Part shown: positions 49,971-59,823 of the stretch, piece after piece
How positions within the stretch are numbered: position 1 is the stretch's first letter
How the letters are laid out: the number at the start of each line of letters is the position of its first letter
Assembly: GCA_963808245.1 (NCBI GenBank)
Contig: CAWEES010000002.1
Coordinates: 3,330,252 to 3,394,251, forward strand
From: an uncultured Bacteroidota bacterium
GTDB taxonomy: Bacteria > Bacteroidota > Ignavibacteria > Kryptoniales > JAKASW01
Direction: 5' to 3'
DNA: 64,000 bases
Program-made: the position numbers and the translations under genes
The notes under the pieces: generated by a model
What the model was told of the DNA's origin: nothing
What the model saw: only the letters and a program-made list of their open reading frames with translations
Database searches by the model: none

Positions 49971-51314
49971 ATGTCAAGACTAACTGACAGTCTAAGAAAT
50001 ATTTTTAAAGTTGAGGACTTGCGGAAGAGAATTCTTTATACCGCAGGTTTACTCATCGTCGTGCGCATTGGAGCCCACATTACTCTGCCTGGCGTTGATG
50101 CTTCACTATTAGCAGAGTCTGTCCGAAACCAGTCGCAGAATACTCTCTTCGGTCTTTACGATATGTTTGCCGGCGGAGCATTCCAGAACGCGGCAGTATT
50201 TGCAGAAGGTATCATGCCTTACATAAGCGCGTCGATCGTTATACAATTACTCGGCGCCGTAGTCCCGTATTTCCAGAAGCTGCAGAAGGAAGGTGAAGAA
50301 GGTCATAAGAAGATTACTCAGCTGACTCGTTATGGCACTCTATTGGTCGCTTCTTTACAGGGATGGGGAATCAGTGTCAGACTTCAGAGCATGGTGGCGA
50401 GCGGCGGGCTTCCAGTCGTTCCCGATGTTGTGCGAGGATTAGGTTTTACTATCTCCACGATTATTGTCCTGACGGCAGGCACTATTTTCATGATGTGGCT
50501 TGGCGAGCAGATGACTGAAAAAGGAATAGGGAATGGCATTTCTTTGATCATTACGATCGGTATTATCGCGAGATTTCCGAATGCGGTTTTGGATGAGTAC
50601 CAGCTTGTCAGTTCAGGCACTCGCGGATTTATTTCCGAACTTGTCATAGTTGTCCTGATGATTGGAATCATTGCCGCAATCATTTATGTCTCCGACGGTA
50701 CTCGCAAAGTCCCTGTTCAATATGCAAAGAGGGTAGTTGGCCGAAAAGTATATGGTGGAGTGACGCAGTTCATTCCGATCCGGGTGAACACTGCCGGCGT
50801 TATGCCTATCATTTTTGCGCAGTCCATCATGTTTGTTCCACAGACAATTCTGACATTTTTCCCCGACAATGAATTTATGCAGAGTATATCCGGATATTTT
50901 TCTTACACGTCGTGGGTTTATTCGTTCATATACGCTCTGATGATCATCTTTTTTACATATTTTTACACCGCTATTGCCTTTAATCCGAATGACGTTGCAG
51001 ACAATATGAAGAAGCAGGGAGGTTTTGTGCCTGGCATCAGGCCGGGACAACACACTGCTGATTTTATCGATAACATCCTGACTAAAATTACCCTGCCGGG
51101 ATCCGTTTTCCTGGCGATCGTTGCCATCCTGCCAGCATTCATGACCAGGTTTGGTGTAAGCTCATCTTTTGCTTCCTTTTTTGGAGGTACAAGTTTGTTG
51201 ATCATCGTACAGGTAGCACTTGATACTGTTCACCAGATTGAGTCCCAGCTCGTGATGCATCACTACGATGGTTTTATGAAGACGGGAAGATTGAAGAGTC
51301 GTCGTTATTCTTGA
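49971..51314 (+). CDS. secY: Preprotein translocase subunit SecY
   Basis: 447 aa, polytopic. GIMPYISASIVIQLL is typical of SecY, and the gene sits in the conserved position after rplO. Confidence 0.96.
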   Translation: MSRLTDSLRNIFKVEDLRKRILYTAGLLIVVRIGAHITLPGVDASLLAESVRNQSQNTLFGLYDMFAGGAFQNAAVFAEGIMPYISASIVIQLLGAVVPYFQKLQKEGEEGHKKITQLTRYGTLLVASLQGWGISVRLQSMVASGGLPVVPDVVRGLGFTISTIIVLTAGTIFMMWLGEQMTEKGIGNGISLIITIGIIARFPNAVLDEYQLVSSGTRGFISELVIVVLMIGIIAAIIYVSDGTRKVPVQYAKRVVGRKVYGGVTQFIPIRVNTAGVMPIIFAQSIMFVPQTILTFFPDNEFMQSISGYFSYTSWVYSFIYALMIIFFTYFYTAIAFNPNDVADNMKKQGGFVPGIRPGQHTADFIDNILTKITLPGSVFLAIVAILPAFMTRFGVSSSFASFFGGTSLLIIVQVALDTVHQIESQLVMHHYDGFMKTGRLKSRRYS

Positions 51315-51320
51315 TGGCCT

Positions 51321-52088
51321 ATGATAAGCGTGAAGACATCTCGCGAAGTAGATCTGATGCGCGAGGTTGGAAAAGTAGTTGCCGGGATTCTAAACGTGGT
51401 TGAAAAGCATATAGAACCTGGAATCACGACAAAGGAGTTGGATCAGATCGCTGAAGATTATGTTCTTTCACAAGATGCAAAACCGGCATTCAAAGGCTAT
51501 GGTTTCGACAAGCGAAATCTCTTTCCGGCTACGATTTGCCTGTCCATCGATGATCAGGTCGTCCACGGAATTCCAGGTCCCCGGAAACTGGAAAAAGGAC
51601 AATTGCTCTCTGTTGATGTTGGTGCGGTAAAGCATGGATATTACGGAGATGCAGCTAAAACTTTTCCGGTCGGAGAAATATCGGAGGAGAAGAAAACGCT
51701 GATGGCGGTGACGGAGAAAGCTCTTCTACTTGGTATTGAGAACGCTGTGGCAGGAAATCATGTTGAAGATATTTCATACGCCGTTCAGGATTATGTCGAG
51801 GAGAATGGTTTTTCCGTCGTTCGAGATTTGGTCGGACATGGAATTGGAACAAAGCTGCACGAAGATCCTGCTGTTCCAAATTACGGCACTAAAGGGAAAG
51901 GTCCTTTACTGAGAAATGGAATGACGCTCGCGATTGAACCGATGGTCAATGCGGGAGCATATAAAGTTTATACTGCGAAAGACGGTTGGACGGTTTATAC
52001 GTCGGATGGCAAACCGTCGGCGCATTTTGAACATACAGTTGTTATAACTGATGGAAAACCAGAAATATTGACATTGTCCAATGGCTAA
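51321..52088 (+). CDS. map: Type I methionine aminopeptidase
   Basis: 255 aa. Metal-ligand contexts are [27 protein letters not shown] and HFEHTV. Confidence 0.94.
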   Translation: MISVKTSREVDLMREVGKVVAGILNVVEKHIEPGITTKELDQIAEDYVLSQDAKPAFKGYGFDKRNLFPATICLSIDDQVVHGIPGPRKLEKGQLLSVDVGAVKHGYYGDAAKTFPVGEISEEKKTLMAVTEKALLLGIENAVAGNHVEDISYAVQDYVEENGFSVVRDLVGHGIGTKLHEDPAVPNYGTKGKGPLLRNGMTLAIEPMVNAGAYKVYTAKDGWTVYTSDGKPSAHFEHTVVITDGKPEILTLSNG

Positions 52089-52299
52089 ACAGGGTCAAAT
52101 TAAAGTGGATGGAACCATTACCGAGACATTGCCGAACGCGACCTTTCACGTGAAGTTGGAAAACAATCACGAGATTTTGGCACACATCTCCGGTAAGATG
52201 AGAATGAATTTCATTAAAATTCTTGTCGGTGACAAGGTTACCGTGGAGCTCTCGCCGTATGACCTAAGCAAGGGCAGAATTGTCTATCGCTACAAATAA
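52081..52299 (+). CDS. infA: Translation initiation factor IF-1
   Basis: 72 aa. [47 protein letters not shown] identifies IF-1. Confidence 0.95.
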   Translation: MAKQGQIKVDGTITETLPNATFHVKLENNHEILAHISGKMRMNFIKILVGDKVTVELSPYDLSKGRIVYRYK

Positions 52300-52335
52300 A
52301 CAAATAGAGTTTGAATTTTTTAGTGAGGAAGTAAA

Positions 52336-52452
52336 ATGAAAGTCAGAGCATCTGTAAGAAAACTTTGTGATAATTGCAAAGTGATTAAGCGAAAAGGTGT
52401 CGTAAGAGTAATTTGCAAGAAGAATCCAAAACACAAACAACGCCAAGGCTGA
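52336..52452 (+). CDS. rpmJ: 50S ribosomal protein L36 (Cys3His zinc form)
   Basis: Not in the ORF track (38 aa). Translation: [45 protein letters not shown] lies upstream and the stop TGA is at 52450-52452. Confidence 0.92.
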   Translation: MKVRASVRKLCDNCKVIKRKGVVRVICKKNPKHKQRQG

Positions 52453-52509
52453 CGTAGAATCTTAGGATTATCCTGATTACCAAGATAATAATGATGAAGG
52501 AGAATTAAG

Positions 52510-52893
52510 TTGGCAAGAATTTCGGGAGTCGATTTACCAAAAAACAAGCGAGCCAGTTTTGGCTTGACCTATATTTTCGGAATCGGTCATCACTCCGCTA
52601 CGCAGATACTGGACAAGGCGGGTATCGATCCGGCGAAGCGTGTCGGCGATCTGACGGACGAGGAAGTCGCAAGAATTCGGCAGGTAATTACCTCTGACTA
52701 TAAAGTTGAAGGTGCGCTCCGTAGCGAAACACAAATGAACATCAAACGTTTGATGGATATCGGAAGTTATCGGGGCCTAAGGCATCGAAAGGGTCTTCCA
52801 GTACGAGGTCAGCGGACCCGGACTAACTCCAGAACGCGTAAGGGGAAGAGGCGGACGGTTGCCGGGAAAAAGAAAATTTTAGCTAAAAAGTAA
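52510..52893 (+). CDS. rpsM: 30S ribosomal protein S13
   Basis: TTG start after [20 protein letters not shown] identifies uS13. Confidence 0.95.
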   Translation: MARISGVDLPKNKRASFGLTYIFGIGHHSATQILDKAGIDPAKRVGDLTDEEVARIRQVITSDYKVEGALRSETQMNIKRLMDIGSYRGLRHRKGLPVRGQRTRTNSRTRKGKRRTVAGKKKILAKK

Positions 52894-52911
52894 AGTATAG
52901 GAGATTTTGAT

Positions 52912-53298
52912 TTGGCAAAGGTTGTAAGTAAAAAGCGGAAGAAAACGTCGGTTGATGCCCACGGAATAGCGCATGTCAAAGCGACGTTTAATAATACTTT
53001 TGTTGTCCTCACCGATATTTACGGAAATGTCGTCTCTTGGTCGTCAGCCGGGAAAATGGGACAGAAGGGATCGAGGAAGAGTACTCCTTTTGCGGCGCAG
53101 ATGGCAGCAGAAGCAGCGGCAAAGGAAGCGGCAAATTTAGGAATGAAGAAAGTAGAAGTGCTCGTAAAGGGCCCAGGATCCGGCCGCGAAGCCGCAATCA
53201 GATCGTTGCAAACCGGCGGTTTGGAAATTACAAGCATTCGTGATGTCACACCCATTCCACACAATGGCTGCAGACCTCCAAAGAGGCGTAGAGTCTAA
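52912..53298 (+). CDS. rpsK: 30S ribosomal protein S11
   Basis: TTG start after [36 protein letters not shown] identifies uS11. Confidence 0.95.
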   Translation: MAKVVSKKRKKTSVDAHGIAHVKATFNNTFVVLTDIYGNVVSWSSAGKMGQKGSRKSTPFAAQMAAEAAAKEAANLGMKKVEVLVKGPGSGREAAIRSLQTGGLEITSIRDVTPIPHNGCRPPKRRRV

Positions 53299-53321
53299 TT
53301 AAAAATTTTTCGGAGTAGTAA

Positions 53322-53954
53322 ATGGCTAGATATATTGATGCAAGCTGCAGACTTTGCAGAAGAGAAAAACAAAAATTATTTCTGAAAGGGGTTAAGTGTT
53401 ACACTGACAAATGCCCGGTCGAAAGACGTAATTATGCTCCGGGTCAGCACGGACTCCGCAGAAGAACAAAGGTAAGCGAATACGGAGTGCAGCTGCGCGA
53501 AAAACAAAAAGTGAAAAGAATTTACGGAGTGTTTGAACAGCAATTCAGACGATACTTCGAGATGGCAACTCACCAGAAGGGAAGAACTGGCGAAAACCTG
53601 CTGAAGCTTCTTGAGTGCAGGCTTGATAATGTCTTGTACAGACTTGGCTTTGCCCCGTCAAGGAAATCTGCAAGACAACTTGTGCTCCATGGCCACTTCC
53701 TGGTCAACGGGAAGATGGTTAACGTCGGCTCCTTTCTCGTAAGGGCAGGCGATATAATTAAAGTTGCCGAGCGAAGTAACCAGGTTGATACGATTCACTC
53801 CTCTTTAAAGCGAGTGAAGGATGGAATGCTGCCATCATATTTGCAGCTCGATAAGGCACAGCTTACCGGTACATTCCTGCAAGTTCCGGAACGATCGGAA
53901 ATTCCGCTTCCGGATGTTAATGAGCAACTTATCGTAGAATTGTATTCTAAATAA
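53322..53954 (+). CDS. rpsD: 30S ribosomal protein S4 (Cys4 knuckle form)
   Basis: 210 aa. [31 protein letters not shown] identifies uS4. Confidence 0.95.
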   Translation: MARYIDASCRLCRREKQKLFLKGVKCYTDKCPVERRNYAPGQHGLRRRTKVSEYGVQLREKQKVKRIYGVFEQQFRRYFEMATHQKGRTGENLLKLLECRLDNVLYRLGFAPSRKSARQLVLHGHFLVNGKMVNVGSFLVRAGDIIKVAERSNQVDTIHSSLKRVKDGMLPSYLQLDKAQLTGTFLQVPERSEIPLPDVNEQLIVELYSK

Positions 53955-54041
53955 CACCATGGTGCCTTGGATTTCCGGGATTGTCTACAATCCTGAAAAT
54001 TTCGGGGACCGTTGGCTAAATTTAATTGAGGTGAAAATCTA

Positions 54042-55031
54042 ATGAGCGCCGTGAAACTGCAAATGCCTGAAACAATAGTACTGGATCAGTCAACTTATAA
54101 CAATAATTTCGGCCGTTTTTTTGTAGAGCCCCTGGAACGTGGCTATGCTACGACTTTGGGGAATTCTTTCAGAAGAGTCCTGCTGTCTTCAGTTCCCGGA
54201 TGGGCATTTACCCATTTCAGGATTCCGGGCGCTCTTCACGAATTTTCGACCATCAAAGGTTTGTCGGAAGACCTGGTCGACTTTACTCTAAATTTGAAAG
54301 GCGTGCGGATAAAACTAATCGACAAAAAGCTGAACAAGATAAGCTTGAAGTTAAAAGGGCCGATGGACTTTACCGCCGAAGAGATCCAGAAACAGTATCC
54401 GCAGATTGAAGTCCTGAATCCGGACCATCATATCGGAACGTTGAGTGATTCCAAAGAAATTGAAGTTGAATTGCGGATCAGCAGAGGAAAAGGTTATGAA
54501 CCGGCTGAAGATCATAAGCTCGCCGAGGCTCCTGAGGATTTGATATCTGTCGACTCGCTTTTTTCTCCTATAAGAAATGTGAGGTTTTTTGTTCAGCCCA
54601 CCGGAGTCGGCGAAAAAACTACTCTCGAAAAATTGACCATAGAGGTTGAGACCGATGGCTCTATAACTCCCGAGGACGCGTTGACAACAGCAGCAAAAAT
54701 GCTGCAAGATCATATCCAATTGTTCTTGAATCTCGGGATTCATCAGGAAGCTTCCGAGGAAGGCTCGGCACAGGAAGAAGAAGCCGCACGAATCAGAAAA
54801 CTTTTGAAGATGTCTGTCGATGAGCTCGAGCTTTCGGTTCGCGCCCATAATTGCCTCAAAGCTGCGAATATTCATACTATTTCCGAACTGGTTAACAAAG
54901 ACGAGGCAGAACTTCTTCGCTTCAGGAACTTTGGACGGAAATCACTTGCTGAACTCGCTGAGAAAATCGGAAGCATGGGCCTGAATTTTGGAATGGACAT
55001 TAGCAAGTACTTGAAAGACGAAAACGAGTAA
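54042..55031 (+). CDS. rpoA: DNA-directed RNA polymerase subunit alpha
   Basis: 329 aa. FGRFFVEPLERGYATTLGNSFRRVLLSS is in the N-terminal domain, and LELSVRAHNCLKAANI is in the C-terminal domain. Confidence 0.96.
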   Translation: MSAVKLQMPETIVLDQSTYNNNFGRFFVEPLERGYATTLGNSFRRVLLSSVPGWAFTHFRIPGALHEFSTIKGLSEDLVDFTLNLKGVRIKLIDKKLNKISLKLKGPMDFTAEEIQKQYPQIEVLNPDHHIGTLSDSKEIEVELRISRGKGYEPAEDHKLAEAPEDLISVDSLFSPIRNVRFFVQPTGVGEKTTLEKLTIEVETDGSITPEDALTTAAKMLQDHIQLFLNLGIHQEASEEGSAQEEEAARIRKLLKMSVDELELSVRAHNCLKAANIHTISELVNKDEAELLRFRNFGRKSLAELAEKIGSMGLNFGMDISKYLKDENE

Positions 55032-55046
55032 CCGGAGTTTATTGAA

Positions 55047-55511
55047 ATGAGACATCTGAATAAGGGAAGAAAATTAAAAAGGACTGCCAGTCACCGAAAA
55101 GCTTTGATGGAAGCCCTCGCCACGAGTTTGATACTTTACAAGCAGGTAAGAACGACTTTAGCTAAGGCCAAAGAGATGCGCATTTTTGTTGAGCCTCTGA
55201 TTACCAGGGCAAGGAAGGACAGCGTTCATTCGAGACGACATGTTGCAAGTATTATAAGAGATCGGGAAGCTGTAAAGATTCTTTTCAACGAGATCGCGCC
55301 GAAGGTGCAGGAAAGACCGGGAGGATATACGCGCGTCATAAAGTTGGGCCAGCGGCATGGCGATGGCGGCGAAGTTGCAATCATAGAGCTGGTTGACTTC
55401 AATGCGGCTGACGAGGCGGAAAAACGCAGAAAGCCTGCAAAGGAAAAAGAGAGTCAACCTAAGGAACAGAAAGAGGAAGCAAAAACCGAGTCGGCACCGG
55501 CTCAGCAGTAA
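55047..55511 (+). CDS. rplQ: 50S ribosomal protein L17 with charged C-terminal tail
   Basis: 154 aa. MRHLNKGRKLKRTASHRKALM identifies bL17. The tail is DFNAADEAEKRRKPAKEKESQPKEQKEEAKTESAPAQQ. Confidence 0.94.
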   Translation: MRHLNKGRKLKRTASHRKALMEALATSLILYKQVRTTLAKAKEMRIFVEPLITRARKDSVHSRRHVASIIRDREAVKILFNEIAPKVQERPGGYTRVIKLGQRHGDGGEVAIIELVDFNAADEAEKRRKPAKEKESQPKEQKEEAKTESAPAQQ

Positions 55512-55672
55512 GTTAAACCTTCTCTCCTCACGATAAACGGGGTTAAGAAACCTTATTTTAGCTGTAAATTGAGATGGCGACCGAAGGGGAAGACAGACGT
55601 TAGGATAGATTGAACTTTTCCCTCCTTTATGTTAAATTATAACGTGATAAAACGTTAAGGGGATGTGACCTT

Positions 55673-56269
55673 ATGAAAATTGACACGGCAAAGTTCGTGA
55701 CAAGTGCGATGGACTATTCGCAGGTGCCCGACACAGATTTGCCAGAAATTGCATTTATTGGAAGGTCCAATGTCGGCAAATCTTCCCTGATAAATAAGCT
55801 TTGCAATAAAAAGAATCTTGCTCAGGCAAGTTCTACTCCGGGGAAAACTCGTTCGCTGAATTTCTTTCTAATAAACGAGGAGCGATATTTTGTCGATCTA
55901 CCAGGTTACGGGTATGCAATTGCGCCTGAGCACATGAAATCGAGCTGGGCGAAACTTGTCGAGACATATCTTCAGGACCGAAAGCAATTGAAGCTTGTCA
56001 CTCAGATTCTCGATGCTCGGCATGAACCGATGGAATTAGATAAGATAATGATCGGCTGGCTTGAGTTTTATAAGATCCCCTATGTTATCGCCATGACGAA
56101 AGCTGACAAGCTATCCCAGAACAAAATGAACACCCACATGGCACGCGCGAAAGCACAACTGCCGAACCTGAAATTTTGTCAGTGCTTTTTGCCTTTCTCG
56201 GCTCTCTCGGGTCAGGGACGCCCTGAGCTTGTTAAACTGATCGATGACTTCACGCAGTCAAAAGACTAG
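55673..56269 (+). CDS. engB: Ribosome-biogenesis GTPase YihA/EngB
   Basis: 198 aa. GRSNVGKSSLINKL, DLPGYGYA and TKADKL are the EngB G motifs. Confidence 0.9.
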   Translation: MKIDTAKFVTSAMDYSQVPDTDLPEIAFIGRSNVGKSSLINKLCNKKNLAQASSTPGKTRSLNFFLINEERYFVDLPGYGYAIAPEHMKSSWAKLVETYLQDRKQLKLVTQILDARHEPMELDKIMIGWLEFYKIPYVIAMTKADKLSQNKMNTHMARAKAQLPNLKFCQCFLPFSALSGQGRPELVKLIDDFTQSKD

Positions 56270-56309
56270 TAACGATTTTTCGTATTTCAAAACCACCGAC
56301 AACCAGGTT

Positions 56310-57470
56310 CTAATTTTCTGAATTTAGACTAGTTTTTTCTACCGCCATTATCTTGGCGATCATCCAACCAACAACACCCAGACCAATTACAAACAGGGTC
56401 AGAAAAATTATCATCGGACTCCATTGAGTGTTCACGACCTCTTTTGAGACATCCCGATAACGTGAAAGCTCCGTATTTTGGACCCACTGTCTACTCACGG
56501 CATTCAAAGTTATAACAACAAGTTGCCCGATTGCGGCAATCAGTGCTGACCCTTTCCTCGATGGGAGGATATTTGAGTTAATTCTCACACGCATCATGAG
56601 CAGAGCGACCCATGGTGCGCCGGGTGAAATTGCCGTAAGGAGAAAAATCAGAATCATTACCGGAGAATTGCCTGCGTGATCAAGTGTAAACTTATCTAAT
56701 GCCCAGAAGATGTACCAGCTTCCCGTCACGGCGAACCAGATCATCCCAAGTGTGAAAAATCCGAATGCGAATTTTACGGCCCACGCCTTATACTGTACGG
56801 AGGTTGAAGTTTTCTTGAAATAAAAAGCGTCGAATATGATATAGACCGCAGTTGTCATGATCGCTATTCCAAACATCATCAGCCACCGGGGGAAAAGGGT
56901 GGGATCTGCAGTGTTCAATGCCTGTCCGGTAACAGCACCTGCGATGTTTGTCCTGTCAAATATTTTTATCCACTCACCGACATTTACCATCAAACTAAAG
57001 TTGTTCGCAAAGAGAAATCCGATGCCAATAAAAAGGATTGAGCTCACCCATGCCGAGACTATGGCAAATTTCGTCCTCTTTTTTTTGCGGACGCTCAGCG
57101 AGTAAACGTAAACACCGTAATAGGCAAAAATGAGGAAAAAGATCACGCTCAACCAAGCCCATCCTATTAAAACGCCCGCGGGATAGTAGAATTGAGGGTA
57201 TCCAACTTGCGTGAAGAGAAGAGGAACGATGCCAAGGTTTACTCCCATCGCAACAATTATAGGCATACTTCTGGAAAGACGATGAGCGAGTTCTTCTGCA
57301 TAGCCTTTTCCAAAAGTTGCAAAGATTGCGACGAGAAGCATGCCGGCGTACCATATGTTCATCGGGATCATATGGAGTATGAATCCGAAAACTTTAAAGA
57401 AGGTTATGAACCAAAATGGCGCAGGATTTCCGAGCGGTGAAGACGGTGCGATAAGATCTTGGGGATTCAT
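56310..57470 (-). CDS. Polytopic membrane protein, translationally coupled partner of the CydA-like protein
   Basis: 386 aa with ~9-10 hydrophobic segments. Its start overlaps the upstream stop in ATGA (57470-57467). I recognise no CydB-like motifs. Confidence 0.7.
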   Translation of the reverse strand: MNPQDLIAPSSPLGNPAPFWFITFFKVFGFILHMIPMNIWYAGMLLVAIFATFGKGYAEELAHRLSRSMPIIVAMGVNLGIVPLLFTQVGYPQFYYPAGVLIGWAWLSVIFFLIFAYYGVYVYSLSVRKKKRTKFAIVSAWVSSILFIGIGFLFANNFSLMVNVGEWIKIFDRTNIAGAVTGQALNTADPTLFPRWLMMFGIAIMTTAVYIIFDAFYFKKTSTSVQYKAWAVKFAFGFFTLGMIWFAVTGSWYIFWALDKFTLDHAGNSPVMILIFLLTAISPGAPWVALLMMRVRINSNILPSRKGSALIAAIGQLVVITLNAVSRQWVQNTELSRYRDVSKEVVNTQWSPMIIFLTLFVIGLGVVGWMIAKIMAVEKTSLNSEN

Positions 57471-58897
57471 CTTTTAACGTCTCCTCTTTTCATTTGGGTC
57501 AGATCGGATCTTGGTTGGATTGACTCTCCCGAAAATTTCATTCCGGCGGGTGTACTTAGCGAAATATGCTCAAGGAATTTCGTGAGCAACGTTGCTTCTT
57601 CTTGAGTTCCACACCACGGCGGCATGAAGTAATGGGCTTTGTCAAGATGAGTCACGACTGTATTGATCATATTTTCACTCCACCCACGGGTGTATTCAGA
57701 CACGCCAGAAAATCCCTTTTCGGAATGACAGTCATTGCAATGGTATTGGAAAAGGACCTTGCCGAGGATAAGCTGGTCGGCCTCAGGCAACTGTAAAAGC
57801 TTAGCATTTGCGATATTTCCTTCGGAGTCCATGACTTCCGGATAGTGAACCTTAACGAAAGCTTTTGTCCATATTCCTCCATTAAGGTAACCGGTCGCCT
57901 GGAGTTTCGGTATCTCCGGTACAAGGACATTGTTGCCGACGACATAGTTGTAAATAATGTAAGGCTTACGTACGCCTTCGCGTATGAATTCACCGGTCGA
58001 TGTCGCAGCTATCCCTATTGCAAAATACAATATTGCGAATCCGGGGTTGATCCATCCTGGATTCCTGTGGGGGCCGAAGTAGAGCATAAGAAATACAATC
58101 GCAGATGCAGCGAAGACCAGTGCAGTTAAGATGTTCAGCGCGCTCGCTCCAGCTAAAGCGGCTTTGGCGCTTGCTGGAAGGTTTAAATACCACCAAGCCC
58201 CCCCGATCGCCACAAGTACAGCTCCTACCATTGACCATGTTGCAGTTCGAGTTTCAACCAGAGCACGCAAATTGAGGTCGTGCTTCAATTTGAATGCTGC
58301 GTGTAAATAAATGTAAAGAGAAGCCATCAAAAGTGAGGCTCCGTTTCTCGCAATGATCTGGGGAAATGTTTGCGGGTTGAAAAACGCTACCCACATGCCT
58401 TTATCCGGGGTCCAATTGCCTATGTCGAGCTGGAATGCGGTTATTCCCGTGATGAGAACGAGACTCATGAATGCCGAGACAGCATAAATCCATCCGATGG
58501 TCTTATGAGTTTTCGGATCCAATCTTCCCCAGTAATAGAAAAAAATAAACGCGGAGGAAATTTCCAATACAAAAAAAACGTATTCCATCGCCCAGCCGAA
58601 AACAAAAATGTGTATCAGAGATTCTGTGGCTAAAGGAGAAGCCAGTCCAATGATCCACCAAATTCCAACTCCTGTTATTCCACCAAAAACGACTGTGAGG
58701 AGAATAAAGAAAAGTGTGTGCGATTTTAAATAATCAAGAAGAGCTTTATTGTTGATCTTGTAGGCATAGGAAACCTCTCCTGCTAATACTATTCCGCCGC
58801 CAACCGCATACAACGATGTGAAAATATGGATTGTGGCAATTAGAGCGATGAGCATCGGAGAAGTGAGGTAGGGTACGTACCACCATGGATAGTGCAT
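57467..58897 (-). CDS. Cytochrome bd subunit I (CydA)-superfamily membrane protein fused to a C-terminal monohaem cytochrome c domain
   Basis: Segments align by eye to E. coli CydA. ATIHIF matches MYHFLF (the His19 region). IFVFGWAMEYVFFVLEISSAFIFFYYWGRL matches [31 protein letters not shown] (both Glu conserved). GEFIREGVRKPY matches GWFVAEYGRQPW. The His186 equivalent is Ala and there is no Q-loop. The C-terminal soluble domain carries CNDCH (57725-57739) and FMPPW. Confidence 0.6.
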   Translation of the reverse strand: MHYPWWYVPYLTSPMLIALIATIHIFTSLYAVGGGIVLAGEVSYAYKINNKALLDYLKSHTLFFILLTVVFGGITGVGIWWIIGLASPLATESLIHIFVFGWAMEYVFFVLEISSAFIFFYYWGRLDPKTHKTIGWIYAVSAFMSLVLITGITAFQLDIGNWTPDKGMWVAFFNPQTFPQIIARNGASLLMASLYIYLHAAFKLKHDLNLRALVETRTATWSMVGAVLVAIGGAWWYLNLPASAKAALAGASALNILTALVFAASAIVFLMLYFGPHRNPGWINPGFAILYFAIGIAATSTGEFIREGVRKPYIIYNYVVGNNVLVPEIPKLQATGYLNGGIWTKAFVKVHYPEVMDSEGNIANAKLLQLPEADQLILGKVLFQYHCNDCHSEKGFSGVSEYTRGWSENMINTVVTHLDKAHYFMPPWCGTQEEATLLTKFLEHISLSTPAGMKFSGESIQPRSDLTQMKRGDVKR

Positions 58898-58951
58898 TCA
58901 ATCCTCCTATCGGATTTTACATTCTATTTAATTTGTGGTGAGCTAGAATTG

Positions 58952-59035
58952 CGGAGGGTGAGGGACTCGAACCCCCAAGCCCCGAAGGGCGCCGGTTTTC
59001 AAGACCGGTGCATTAGCCGATTCTGCCAACCCTCC
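58952..59035 (-). tRNA. tRNA-Ser (anticodon TGA), class II
   Basis: Read on the minus strand. The acceptor GGAGGGT pairs with ACCCTCC. The anticodon stem CCGGT pairs with ACCGG around loop CTTGAAA. It has a long variable arm GCCC-TTCG-GGGC and a T arm GGGGG-TTCGAGT-CCCTC. Confidence 0.85.
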
Positions 59036-59119
59036 GTTAGCTCATAGTCGATTGGTCTTAGCGATTTACTAAGAGCCATCAGCCACGAATTATTCGACTA
59101 ATTTACAAATCGCACGAAA

Positions 59120-59168
59120 GAGTTCCAAGATTCACTCGGTAAGGGTTGCGCATTCAATCTTGGAACTC
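59120..59168 (-). terminator. Long hairpin downstream of the lipoprotein gene (probable terminator)
   Basis: A 13-bp perfect stem (59120-59132 with 59156-59168) closes a 23-nt loop. On the minus strand it is followed by UUUCGUGCGAUUUG. It lies 20 nt after the stop at 59188. Confidence 0.45.
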
Positions 59169-59187
59169 AATTCATCCAGGTTAATGG

Positions 59188-59823
59188 TCACATGTTTTCT
59201 GCTGATGCTCTCTTATAAATCGCGTAGTCTCGACCGAACTGAATTGGATGTGTGTATTCCCCTGGTTCCAATTTCCGGAGTTCTGCTTGGATTTCATCCC
59301 CATACCTATGAATATCCACTGGACCTAAACTACCACTCTTTTCCTCCGACGAAGGGACGGAATATTTGTCGGCAACGGTTTCAAATTTTTCTCCTCCCTG
59401 CAATGCCGCATAGGCAGAATCAGCATCGGCAAGGGATGAACAAAGAATTTCCGAAAGGTTCATCATCAAGGGAGGTGTCGGTACGACATGGGCAAGCTGT
59501 GATATCTTCAATTGGACCGGTTTGCCGTTCGAGATTGCCGGAGAATATTTCCATTGAAGTATGGCCTTCGCTGCAACTGAGTCCCATTCCGGATCGCCGG
59601 TGGAATTCTGCAAATGGACATAAAGGACTTTGCCTTCTTTGCTGACCAGCAATTCCATTTGCAGATTAAAATCCGATGAGTTTATATTCGGTGGCGGCGA
59701 AGGGAGGGCAGTTTTCTCGATAAGTGTCGGCGGAGTGACCTCCGAACCCATTTGTCCTAATTCGGAGCATCCGACACACAAGACTGTGAATAATCCAAGT
59801 AAAAGAAGTTTTAACCCTGACAT
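59188..59823 (-). CDS. Lipoprotein with TonB-C-terminal-like and parvulin (PpiC)-like segments
   Basis: Lipobox LFTVLCVGCS. NLQMELLVSKEGKVLYVHLQNSTGDPEWDSVAAKAILQWKYSPAISNGKPV fits the TonB_C pattern. GGEKFETVADKYSVPSSEEKSGSLGPV...GEYTHPIQFGRDYAIYK fits the parvulin rotamase pattern. Confidence 0.6.
   Translation of the reverse strand: MSGLKLLLLGLFTVLCVGCSELGQMGSEVTPPTLIEKTALPSPPPNINSSDFNLQMELLVSKEGKVLYVHLQNSTGDPEWDSVAAKAILQWKYSPAISNGKPVQLKISQLAHVVPTPPLMMNLSEILCSSLADADSAYAALQGGEKFETVADKYSVPSSEEKSGSLGPVDIHRYGDEIQAELRKLEPGEYTHPIQFGRDYAIYKRASAENM

Noticed and set aside
55512-55672. Possible structured RNA or terminator between rplQ and engB
   Set aside because: Only short, imperfect stems were found by eye (GGTT/AACC, GGGAA/TTCCC) and there is no convincing T-run.
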